DNA of 64,000 nt from Naegleria gruberi (taxonomy: Eukaryota). This document shows, piece by piece, positions 11,030 through 21,237 of the stretch. The stretch's first letter is position 1, and the number at the start of each line of letters is the position of its first letter. Position numbers and translations under genes: made by a program. The stretch lies in NCBI GenBank assembly GCA_000004985.1, contig GG738875.1; one strand, given 5' to 3'. The notes under the pieces were generated by a model. That model saw only the letters and a list, made by a program, of their open reading frames with translations, did no database searches and had not been told where the DNA came from.

Positions 11030-11073
11030 GTAGTGGTTTTTACGCTAATTGATGATGATGATTTTGATATTAT

Positions 11074-11123
11074 NNNNNNNNNNNNNNNNNNNNNNNNNNN
11101 NNNNNNNNNNNNNNNNNNNNNNN
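11074..11123. other. Assembly gap (50 N)
   Basis: Run of 50 n characters. Confidence 1.
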
Positions 11124-11684
11124 CTTGTCTGTTTTGAAATGGTAGACTTGTGCCCTTTGTGCCTCCAATGTATAATAGAATAATGTTAATGTGCTGAATT
11201 TTTGTTCGAGAATGTCCTTTGAAATGTAACTCACTAATTGAGGTTTGTGGACCCAATAGGCAAGCGTGTGACTAGTGGCATTCACAAATGGTTGTTTGTT
11301 TTTCTTAAATCTATCACTGATATTTGCTTCAGTTTCTTGTATGTCGGCTCCTCTTAGAAACTTCAAATCAGATCCCTTAAAATTGTCTAAAAGAAGGAAA
11401 ATCGCTTTAGTAAAGTCAAGGCTCATTCCTCCCTCAACAAGACCAAGCATTAAAACTTTGCAAAAAGTTAAAGAGTCCCACAAATGATAATTTTCAAAAT
11501 AAATCCTCTCGGAGTTTTTTTCTATTGTAGATTGCATTGTATTATTTACTTCTTTTGAGGATTGAGTTGTGGTGTTGTTCCTTTCTGTTGCGGTTTGGCT
11601 TTCATTGTTTTGAGTTGTGTTGAAGAGAAATATTAAAAAAGCGATGAATGCAATAAACAAAATCAAATAGTCTGTTAAGGTCAT
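11124..11684 (-). CDS. Signal-anchor hypothetical protein, copy 2 (3' end runs into the gap)
   Basis: ATG at 11684. Same protein as 7017..7529 but the frame stays open to the N gap. Confidence 0.45.
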
Positions 11685-12308
11685 TTTTTACATATTCTCC
11701 CATAAAAAATTGTTAGAACAAAGCACATCCTCCATATTAAGACAAAATCTAGCACATTTATCATGCAATTTTATTGCAGTCTGTGAGTGAAGTAAATATG
11801 ATAAATTGCCACTCTCTATACGTTAGAATTCAACGTCGTGGACTCTTGCTCAGTTCCAGAGGATTGTGAAACTTGGAATTATTGCTTCCTGTGTGTCAAA
11901 ACACCATAATCCAAGTCATAATTGTGGTTGTTAAAAGGGAGGGTGGTATGTGGATCGGAAGTTCAAATACTCTAATGAACAATCATAAACGACAAAATTT
12001 CGAAAATAATATCATCATGAAAAAGGTTAAATACTGTACAAGCTCCTTCCTAGTTCGTGTTGGTGTTTTTTAATAATGTATCGGGTGAGATTTCACTTAC
12101 TGTAGTCGTTGGATTATCTACACACGAGGTATACATTTGAATTTCCAACATTTAAACCCCACCAACTCCAAAACTTGCTTGAAATTCCGCTCACTCTTCC
12201 ATTAAGATTCAAAATTAAGGAGTAGATTAGTAGCCGATTAAGGTCACCATCTACAGCTCAAATATAAAGCTGATTGGAAACCAGGTAACAATACTCCATA
12301 TCGAAAAA

Positions 12309-12919
12309 ATGTTCAAATTCAACACCATCTATCTTTTAGTTGTTGTGGTAACTCTTTTCATCGCTTTGATAAACAACAATTCTCATGTCAATGCTCTTCA
12401 GTTGCAAACAAGAGCAAATTCCACATGTCAAGTTATGATTAACGGAGCAGAAGTTAATATTGCATCCATCGATAGACCAAAAGGATATTTTATCATTGCA
12501 AGATCTGATCATAATATCAAGTTCCTTCTGTAAGTTGTTTCGTTATGTGACATTTGCTTAATGTGTGAAAATGTAGTAATCTTTGTAATGCTTCTCCTAA
12601 TCCATATTACTGGAATTCACTTTGTAAATTCCCAGCTAAATCTGCTGGATATCAATTCGCTTTTGAATATAATCTTTGTTATTCACTTTCAACTCCAGAA
12701 AATCCAAAAGTTTCTTACAATAGTGAAACTACAACAGTTACCATTACTCATCCTCCAAGTGTTATCAACAGAGATGGAGTTTCAAGACAAATGGAAGTTA
12801 GCTTAGTGTGTGATAGAAATTCAAGTTTGTGGCCAGAATTGGATTTCGAAGGAGAACAAAACAGATATGGAGTTGTTGTCTATCGTTTCTCTGGAAAGAC
12901 AAGTTATATTTGTCATTAA
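12309..12919 (+). CDS. Secreted MRH-domain (mannose-6-phosphate receptor homology)-like protein
   Basis: Exon 1 12309..12529 (signal peptide MFKFNTIYLLVVVVTLFIAL), intron 12530..12576 (GTAAGT...TAG), exon 2 12577..12919 (TAA). Six-Cys pattern, with C..Y.F.....C, VSLVC and the terminal YRFSGKTSYIC typical of MRH domains. Confidence 0.55.
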
Positions 12920-13246
12920 TGAATCCTTTGCTGATAAAGATCTTTCAATTTGTTAGATTATTGACTTTTCTAATTGTTGGTTTACTTTTCGTATTATCCA
13001 TGTTGGAAAATTCACCATTAGTGAATTTTATTGATGGTTTGATGATGATCATATAGATATTTACCTTAATGATCGGAAGTGAATTTGCTGGTGATCTTTA
13101 TCATAAACGCTATTCCAAAATGATGATGAGTTCAGTGATGATGTAGAGGAGTGGAAAGTGAGTAGAGAGCAATCATTTTGTTTCTACATTGCTGTTGTTG
13201 ATTTTGTAGCAGTTGTTTATTGCTTCCCAAGGAAAAAATTGATCAA

Positions 13247-14101
13247 TTATGGCTTAATTTTTGATTTTGCATGACCAATTTGATTGTAAGAAATATCAAG
13301 TGATGTTAATTGTTTCATTTCACTTATGAATTTGGCTCCTTCATTATCAATTTCATTGCTACTAATATTAAGTAATGTTAATTGTTTCATTTCACTTATG
13401 AATTTGGCTCCTTCATCACCAATTTGATTGTTAGAAATATCAAGTGATGTTAATTGTTTCATTTCACTTATGAATTTGGCCCCTTCATCATCAATTTCAT
13501 TGCTACTAATATTAAGTAATGTTAATTGTTTCATTTCACTTATGAATTTGGCTCCCTCAACACCAATTTCATTGCTACTAATATTAAGTAATGTTAATTG
13601 TTTCATTTCACTTATGAATTTGGCCCCTTCAACACCAATTTGATTGCTAGAAATTTTAATTGATGTTAATTGTTTCATTTCAGTTATGAATTTGGCTCCT
13701 TCAATACCAATTTGATTGTTAGAAATATCAAGTGATGTTAATTGTTTCATTTCAGTTATCGATTTAGCTCCTTCATCACCAATTCGATTGCAACCTATAT
13801 TAAGTGATGTTAATTGTTTCATTTCACTTATGAATTTGGTGTTTTCTATGTCACCAAGCAACCAACCAGAAAAATTAAGATTAACAATACTATTCACGAA
13901 TTGACTTTTTCTGAATAGTTCAATTCTTTTCTCTGTAAACTTTTTTTTAAATTCAATTACAAGTTTTGAACGTTCCTTGATCACATTAAAGAATTGTTTT
14001 GAAATTAAAGAACAATTATTCAAAATAAACCATGAATCATCAATCATGGAAATTATTTCAAAGCAAACATCATCCGAAAATATTTCAATCTTCATCTCCA
14101 T
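13247..14101 (-). CDS. F-box / leucine-rich repeat (RNI-like) protein, copy 2 (~285 aa, 9 repeats)
   Basis: As copy 1 but with two more 72-bp/24-aa repeat units and a different C-terminus (…GHAKSKIKP). Probable ATG at 14101 (MEMKIEIF). Confidence 0.65.
   Translation of the reverse strand: MEMKIEIFSDDVCFEIISMIDDSWFILNNCSLISKQFFNVIKERSKLVIEFKKKFTEKRIELFRKSQFVNSIVNLNFSGWLLGDIENTKFISEMKQLTSLNIGCNRIGDEGAKSITEMKQLTSLDISNNQIGIEGAKFITEMKQLTSIKISSNQIGVEGAKFISEMKQLTLLNISSNEIGVEGAKFISEMKQLTLLNISSNEIDDEGAKFISEMKQLTSLDISNNQIGDEGAKFISEMKQLTLLNISSNEIDNEGAKFISEMKQLTSLDISYNQIGHAKSKIKP
13253..13870. repeat. 72-bp tandem coding repeats (LRR units)
   Basis: Periodic repeats of ...GTTAATTGTTTCATTTCACTTATGAATTTGGC... 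visible directly in the DNA. Repeat number differs between the two copies of the block. Confidence 0.85.
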
Positions 14102-14938
14102 ATTGTTATGATTGATCACAATTATTAATATTAATATTAGTATTCTTATATATTTGATATAGTTTGTTGTAACTTGTTTGTTCTTTGCTTTTCGACTTGA
14201 CACCTTCTTGATATTTGCTTTTAAATATTTTTTTTGGTTCTAAACTAGAGAAGGAAATGATTCGTGATAATTTTTCTGGATCGCTGACTTCAAATGATTG
14301 GTTAGGTGATACAATATCCAACCATTATCTGTGGATATGAAGTAATATTTCAGATCTTTGTTGAGGACTCAGCATTTTTCCTCAGTGAATCTGTAGTTTC
14401 ACTCTTGAGAGCCTTATTTATCATTGCTCATGCGAAGAGGAGCTTTGAACAATAGGAGAGGTAGAAATGACAAACCTACAGACAGATGCCATCCTTTCCA
14501 CGTGACATATATCAACTGGAGATGAAAGCACTTGTGTGTCAAGACACCATAATCTAAATCTTAATTCTGAGCTAACCACCCCTTTCAATTGTTTTGAACA
14601 CTGAGTAATAATTACTGGAAATAATATATAGCTGAATTGGTCAAAATTTAAAAAAGATTCAACACTGCTTCCCATTGAATTTTCAAAACAATTATATCCA
14701 ATATAAACATGTCAATCCGTCCTACCAAAGATGGAGATCAAGTTGATATCAATTCACATACTGGTTAGCCGTTCTTGTTCAATTACCAAATTATTTCACA
14801 TGATTCAAAAAACATCAGTGATTAAAATTTACCTGTAGTTCTGACAGAGGCAAATTAGTCAACAAGAATGTCAAATGTCTACATCATTTCATTCACAAAA
14901 AAATATCAACAAAATAGCAACATCAAAAACACATCAAA

Positions 14939-15973
14939 ATGGGTAACGGTATTTCTAGAGACGAAATGAAACAGCTTCAAGAGCAAACTAAAAATCGTTT
15001 GACCAAGAAGGACATTCAACGTTATCACAAATTCTGGCATGAGCTCTACCCAAGTGGTGACATGACAAGAGAAGGTTTCAGTAAATTTGCACAAATTGCT
15101 CTTCCAAGTGCTCCTCCAGATGCTGATGTTGAATACTTGTTCAGAGCCATGGATGCTAACAAGGATGGTACTATTACTGTAAGTGTGTTATATATTTTGA
15201 AATAGTAGTGGTTTTTACGCTAATTGATGATGATGATTTTGATATTATTATTTGTGTGTATGATGTGTTATAATTTCTTGTTATTGTTGATGTAAATTTG
15301 ATATGATTTGATATATGATCATGGAATATTTCGTTATTATGTTGTTATGAATTGTTTAAAATTATTAATTGGAATGTTAATGATGCAATACGTAATTTTA
15401 CATAACGATCATCATGATGAACTTCTACACTAATTATTACCATTGCTACCACTTGAATATTTTGCATTGATTGTATATATATGAATATTTATAATCGTTT
15501 AATAATAACACATTGATCAAACTCTTCCGAAAACACTCTACAATTCAGTTCAAAGAATTCCTCTTCTTCCAATCTATCACTGCTCCAACAACACAACCTC
15601 TTCAATTCCATGAATTAATTGATTTGGCCTTTGATATGTACGATGAAGACAATGATGGGTATGTTTTTACATCTATTTAACTAATTAATCAATACAATAT
15701 ATATTATTAATATTATCATCATCAATTCATCATCATCAAAATACAACAACAATTATATATAGCTTTGTAACTGCCGAAGAAATGAGAGACAGTTTAAGGA
15801 ACATGTTCAAGGCTAAGGGCATGAATGTAAACTCTTCAGAAATTGAGGGAACCATCAATACTCGTATTGAAAATCTGCTCAAGATTGCCGATAGTAATGG
15901 TGATGGAAAACTCACCCGAGATGAAATTGTTAAGGCTTGCCAAAAAGATCCATCTCTCTTGGTCTTGTTCTAA
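14939..15973 (+). CDS. Neuronal-calcium-sensor / recoverin-family EF-hand protein (3 exons, ~186 aa)
   Basis: Exons 14939..15178, 15549..15658, 15763..15973. Introns begin GTAAGT and GTATGT and end CAG and TAG. Total 561 nt, in frame. N-terminal MGNGIS (myristoylation consensus). EF loops DANKDGTITFKEF, DEDNDGFVTAEEM, DSNGDGKLTRDEI. Similar to NCS-1/frequenin (LTKKDIQRYHKFWHE.PSGDMTREGF). Confidence 0.75.
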
Positions 15974-16133
15974 TTTTTTTTTAAAAACAAACTTGTAAAA
16001 TCATGAATAAATTAAATAATTTCTCTTTTTGGATTATTTAATATTTATGGAAATTTGTAAATTCATTGTAAACTCAAAACCATTTGGAATGAAAAATTAA
16101 ATTTTTATTAATAAATTACGACTATTCCAACAA

Positions 16134-18515
16134 TTATTTAACGAACTTAGTCTTTCTCATATTTCTCACAATATTCGAAATAGGATAAACTCTCTCAACA
16201 GTGCAAGTCTTGGTTGTTGCCTTCATTTGAATTGCAAAACTCTTAAAGTTGAATTTTGCATCACACAACAAGTAGAATTCAACTTTACAATAGTCAGTTT
16301 CCAATACTTTCATTGGAACTCGTTCCTTCTTTTGACTTTCATAATCAAAGATCAATTCAGATAATTCATAACTATTCTCTGCACTCAATGATTTACCTCT
16401 TCCAGTAACGAACGTGGTCAATTGACCTTCTTTTAATTTGATTCCAGCAAAATATTGTTCCTTATTTAGGGTATCGCTACATTCGTCAAAGAAATCAGTG
16501 GAGAGATTTAAATTTTGATTAGTTTGGAATTCTTCTCTTGTTTTCACAACGAGATCGGTGGTTACATAGATTGCCTTGAGGGATTTAGTTCCACCATTCG
16601 TATCTTGGTATGAGATTCGAATAGTGAGTGGATAAGGCAAACTATCTGGAGGTCTAATCATGGCTCTAGCAGAGGTTGGACATGGATCTTCACTATTAGT
16701 TCTAATTAACGAATTGATGTGGTAATAGGACGAAACTTCACCTGGTTTCAAACTTAATGTCAATCCCCAAATATATTTACCATAATAATCGCTCTTCTCA
16801 AAGACAACCTCTTCAGAAAATGGAGCAACTCTTCTGGCAACGAGATCAGGTTCCCAATATCCAACTTGAGTATCCTCCATGGCAATCCATTCCTCTTTAG
16901 AATTAAGATATTCGACCTTAAACTTTTCAAGGGTGATTGCTTGAGAGGAAGAATTTCCAAATGCTAAATTCTGAATTTTGAATTGAGTACTTCCAACAGA
17001 TTGCTTAATTTCATAAATGGATGATCTGATGGTTGGATCCAGTGAGGTAAAACTTGGATGAAGATAGAAACCAACTACTGAACTACCTTCATCAGGATAG
17101 TTGACAATTAAGGAAGGATCATTGTTAACTTGTTGTAAAGCAGTTTTTCCTTCATCGATTGGTTTGTAATTCTCCTTGATATGGTCTTCATAATACTTGG
17201 CAAGTCCATCAAAATCATTTGGTCTGTCACTTTCCAATTGACTTCCCAAGGGAACTAAAGATCCTGATTTGGTTTTTGCTGCAACAAATGGACCATATCC
17301 ATACATTCTCAAGGTACCAAATAAAATTGGTTTCTTTGATAAAAACTTCCATCCACTAACCTCAATTACACCCTCAGTTGACTCGAGTGAAAATCTATTC
17401 AAATGAGGATAAGCTTTCGTTCCTTTAATAATTCCAAATGAAATCCATTTTCCGTGTTCTGTTGCCTTATAAAAGACTTCAATGTTATTACAAAAAGCAA
17501 CTTGATCAGAATCTGTATAGAGAGCATGAGTAAAATATTCCAAGTATTTGAATTGTTGAGCTTGTTTGTACTCGAAAATCATAACTCCACCAGTTGACAA
17601 GGCACCATACTGAGCAGATTCGTCCAATAAACCCTCCAATGTATTATCAGCTCTATTGGCAGTATCTTCAGGAACCATTAAAAGATCGCCATTGACTTTG
17701 AAAATATCTGGAACAAGAACATTGACCTCACCTGTTTTTTGAACTATTGTGGTAGTGGAGGTAGAGGAAGAGGTGGTGCTACTACTTGAACTTGGTTTAA
17801 CTTGTTCCACAATTGGTTTTTCTTGATTGGTGGTTGAGGAATTTTTGTCAACCTTGGAATTTGGTTTGCTAGTGGTCTTGTTTGATTGCTTACTACTTGG
17901 TGTAACTGAAGAAGAACCTTGAGACTTAACAGCACCTTTTTTATCCTCAGTTGATTGACTTGGAATTGAGTTGACTTTAGTGTCAGCACCAACCTTTGGT
18001 TTTTTTTCCTTAATAGGAGGATTGGCTAAACCACTATTGGCATTAATTGGAACATATGGAGCATAACCAAATAATCTGAGCATTCCAAAGAAGATTCTGC
18101 TGTATCTATTCTTGAAAAATCTCCAATATTTGGCCTTGACAGGTTTTTCAAATGGAATTGACATGATGGCAGGTTGTGGAATAATTTCCTTTCCATCAAT
18201 GGTTCTCAAAAGTGTCCATTCATCAGACTCATTCACCTTGTATTGAATTTCTACATCTTCTAACATGGCCCTCTGCCAACTGTCACCAACATTTCCACCC
18301 ATAAACTTCATCTCAGTAAAAAGATAGACATCATCATATTCCAATTGAATAAATCTGTTTGAACCCTCACTTGTGCAAGCACCATTCTTACCAATCTTTT
18401 TATCAATTAGTCCGGCAATAGTGTTATCTCCCCAATTACCAACACAGGACATTTTGAGATTTGCAATGGGGATCAAGTTGACTTCCCCTGAAACATACTT
18501 TGGTTCAGTAGACAT
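16134..18515 (-). CDS. Protein with three discoidin/F5-8 type C-like (galactose-binding-like) domains and S/T-rich linker
   Basis: 793-codon ORF, ATG at 18515, no signal peptide. Three ~150-aa internal repeats each ending in (F/Y)GxLR(L/M)(F/Y)GY(A/G)P(Y/F), resembling the C-terminal strand of discoidin domains. Mucin-like S/T/K linker after the first. Confidence 0.55.
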   Translation of the reverse strand: MSTEPKYVSGEVNLIPIANLKMSCVGNWGDNTIAGLIDKKIGKNGACTSEGSNRFIQLEYDDVYLFTEMKFMGGNVGDSWQRAMLEDVEIQYKVNESDEWTLLRTIDGKEIIPQPAIMSIPFEKPVKAKYWRFFKNRYSRIFFGMLRLFGYAPYVPINANSGLANPPIKEKKPKVGADTKVNSIPSQSTEDKKGAVKSQGSSSVTPSSKQSNKTTSKPNSKVDKNSSTTNQEKPIVEQVKPSSSSSTTSSSTSTTTIVQKTGEVNVLVPDIFKVNGDLLMVPEDTANRADNTLEGLLDESAQYGALSTGGVMIFEYKQAQQFKYLEYFTHALYTDSDQVAFCNNIEVFYKATEHGKWISFGIIKGTKAYPHLNRFSLESTEGVIEVSGWKFLSKKPILFGTLRMYGYGPFVAAKTKSGSLVPLGSQLESDRPNDFDGLAKYYEDHIKENYKPIDEGKTALQQVNNDPSLIVNYPDEGSSVVGFYLHPSFTSLDPTIRSSIYEIKQSVGSTQFKIQNLAFGNSSSQAITLEKFKVEYLNSKEEWIAMEDTQVGYWEPDLVARRVAPFSEEVVFEKSDYYGKYIWGLTLSLKPGEVSSYYHINSLIRTNSEDPCPTSARAMIRPPDSLPYPLTIRISYQDTNGGTKSLKAIYVTTDLVVKTREEFQTNQNLNLSTDFFDECSDTLNKEQYFAGIKLKEGQLTTFVTGRGKSLSAENSYELSELIFDYESQKKERVPMKVLETDYCKVEFYLLCDAKFNFKSFAIQMKATTKTCTVERVYPISNIVRNMRKTKFVK

Positions 18516-18967
18516 TGTTTGTTTTTTTTTGTTGCGTAGTTAGTATACGAAACTGAACTATTTAACGGTCCAAACAAATATCGTGTGGATTCATCCGAAC
18601 TTGAGTATCTCTTGTAAGTTTCTTCGTGTTCTTGAAACCGTCACTGAGCAATTAATAGAATTGGAGGAGTAACAACAAACAGTTACTAACACTCCTGAAC
18701 TGGAACAAAAACATGATATTTCCCTTTGTCGTGATAGGGTTTTTCAATTTTGGTTTCATTAGTTTGTAGTAGTATTAATAGTTTCTCGAATCAGGCAAGC
18801 GCATTGCATTGTTTTGTAAACATGGTTTTAATTGCAATTCGACATTGAGTGTGTTAAATTATCACGACTTGCAACTCTATTTTTGAAAAAGACAATTTAA
18901 GAATTTAAAGTAATTCTAGAATAAACATTTGTTTAATATATTGTACAATTGTTAAATAAATAATAAA

Positions 18968-20012
18968 TTAATAATAACGAGGTTGTTGATAGACAGGTGG
19001 TTGAGGAGGTTGATAAACACTTGTAGTTGGTTGACCAAAAGGTTGAGGTGGTGGCATGTTAGAATTATAAGAATTTGGTTGATAAACACTTGTAGTTGGT
19101 TGACCATAAGGTTGTGGATTATAAACTTGTGGTTGAGGTTGATAATAACTTGGTTGTTGTGATGGAATTGGTTGATAATAGGAAGGTTGTGGTTGTTGAT
19201 ATGTAATATTTTGTTGATAAGTAACTGTTTGTTGTTGTGGAGGTGGTTGATACATTGGTTGAGAATGGGTTGGAACTTGTTGATAAGTTGTAATAGATTG
19301 AGTTGGTTGTTGTTGATATTGGGTTGTTGTGACAGTAACAGTTTGATTTGGTTGGAGTGAGAATGAAGATGGATACATAACTCCACTCATTCCTCTAAAT
19401 CCACATTGTGACAATCCACCTGACATGACAAACAAGTAGGCATTGATAAATTCATCAAGAGTAATCACTCCATTTCTATCAGTATCCATCATAAAGAACA
19501 AGTGCTTGGATTGATGTTTGTGAACACCTAAACATCTCATGGCCAACTTGAAACTTCTCTTATTCAAATAGGTCAATCCCATAGAGTGTTGATAAAAGAG
19601 AGTTTGAGCTTGATTTACCCATGTTCCTCTATTAGAATGATAACTTGATGACTATTCATATTATTATCATCATTAATAATACAAACACATAACAGTATTA
19701 TTATCATCAGAATTAAATTTTTGATCACAATAAATCACAAATATTCACATCATCATCCACCAGATCAGCAAAATATTTAAAATTAACTGAGAAGAATAAA
19801 AAACATACCACTACAAAATTATTAGGTAACCATCTTGGTCTACAACCATGCCAGAAAGTACATGTTGGAGTAGTAGAGACGGTCACAGTTGGACGTGATG
19901 GAGTAGTCAAAACAGCAGCGGTAGCCAATCCCAAGCCTAAACCTAACAATCCAGCTCCAACGGCTCCTCCAATTCCATGATGATGGTGATGATGATGACG
20001 ACGACCGACCAT
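18968..20012 (-). CDS. EF-hand protein with His-run/Gly-Leu-rich N-terminal exon and Q/P/Y-rich C-terminal tail
   Basis: Proposed exon 1 20012..19809 (MVGRRHHHHHHHGIGGAVGAGLLGLGLGLATAAVL...FVV). Intron 19808..19652 (GTATGT...TAG), phases match. Exon 2 19651..18968 holds EF loop DTDRNGVITLDEF and then ~130 aa of YQQPQP-type repeats. Exon 2 alone (ATG 19582) is the conservative model. Confidence 0.4.
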
Positions 20013-20787
20013 ATTGTTGTTGTTTGTTCTAAGAGTTTGATATTTGACTTTTACTACAAAAGAAAAGAATGGGAAAATTCGAGTGTTGCCTTTTTTTTTG
20101 TTTTATTTTTAAAAACTGGAAAATGGAGAGCGGAGTTTTGAAGAATTATTAAGGTTACTGTGTCAAGGTGAAAGCGGGTTACAGTCATGTTAATTGGAAA
20201 GTTATTGGATTGGGAACACGAAAAAATTTGATTTTGTAATCATGTTAATAGTTTACAAAAATACCATGAATTGCAAAGAAGCTTCCAATAATCATTGTTG
20301 AACACAATGAAATGTGTATCTGCTCAATAATAAGGAAAAGTCGCAAAAAGTTAATAATTAATTTCGGTTTTAATTTGAATGATTTCAAAGACTGCAAAAT
20401 ACACATCTTCAAAAATCCAAACACAAAAGCACAAAAACTAGTCAACAAATTGCAAAACTCATTCCAATAGTGGATTTGATTTCCCTCCTAACATTTTATA
20501 CAATCATCATCATCATTGTTATCCAAATCAATGAATTTTTGATTGTCTCTCAGCTTTTTTGATTCAATGAAAGAACAAAAGAAGAATGGATTTAGCAATT
20601 TGATATTCACTCTTGAAAATTATCTCTCGGAAAATCATAGCGAAAGACCAAATTGTTACGAATTTACAATGAAGTTGAGTGCTATTTTTAACTTGGCATT
20701 GGGCCATAAAAAGAACTGTTGGTCTTTTATTCATTTATGAAATTGAAAAAAAATAACAATCAAATAATACTAAGAGAACCACACAAG

Positions 20788-21078
20788 ATGAATACAAAGC
20801 ACGTTCATTGCCAAATTTCTTCAAACAGACAAAACATGTCAATGCCATTATCTAGGAAAAGCATTACAAAGAATACAATGGTTGACAATAGAAAGAGTGT
20901 GAATTTAAAGAAGAACAAGTCCGCCAATGTTTCTTCTTCATCACCAAATAAGAAGGCTTCTGAAATTTCTTCTACAAATCAAATTACTAGTAACAAGCAA
21001 GAGGAACAACAATTAGATCCATTGTTTCAATTAACCTTGCTTTTAACCTTGATTGGCAGTTCTTCATCATCACAGTAA
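20788..21078 (+). CDS. Small S/N/K-rich hypothetical protein with hydrophobic C-terminus
   Basis: ORF from ATG (MNTKHVHCQ...) to TAA at 21078. Low-complexity; weak evidence. Confidence 0.2.
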   Translation: MNTKHVHCQISSNRQNMSMPLSRKSITKNTMVDNRKSVNLKKNKSANVSSSSPNKKASEISSTNQITSNKQEEQQLDPLFQLTLLLTLIGSSSSSQ

Positions 21079-21237
21079 TTGTTTTTCGAATATATGGTCG
21101 TGTTATTTCAACAAGAAACATGATACTAATTGAACCAACCCTAATTTAAAGATTTATCAGGATCAAGAATGATATGAAATCTGTCCAATAAACAAGACAA
21201 AAATCACAACCTACTCGTCGACATTCAGTTTAAAAAT

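Larger units (their letters stand above)
6970..11073. repeat. Copy 1 of a ~4.1 kb duplicated block (ends at the assembly gap)
   Basis: 6970..11073 aligns to 11124..15233 with offset ~4155 and ~98-99% identity. Every ORF in it has a twin (7017/11070, 7718/11873, 8154/12309, 8406/12561, 9220/13247, 10731/14906, 10764/14939). Confidence 0.9.
11124..15233. repeat. Copy 2 of the ~4.1 kb duplicated block (begins at the gap)
   Basis: See copy 1. Copy 2 carries the intact versions of the MRH-like and F-box/LRR genes. Confidence 0.9.

Noticed and set aside
11074-11123. Run of N as a biological feature
   Set aside because: Standard 50-N scaffold gap placeholder, not sequence.
18952-19386. 144-aa ORF rich in N/L/I/Q overlapping the Q/P/Y tail region
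   Set aside because: Alternative frame of the CAA/CCA-rich repeat DNA; composition-driven.
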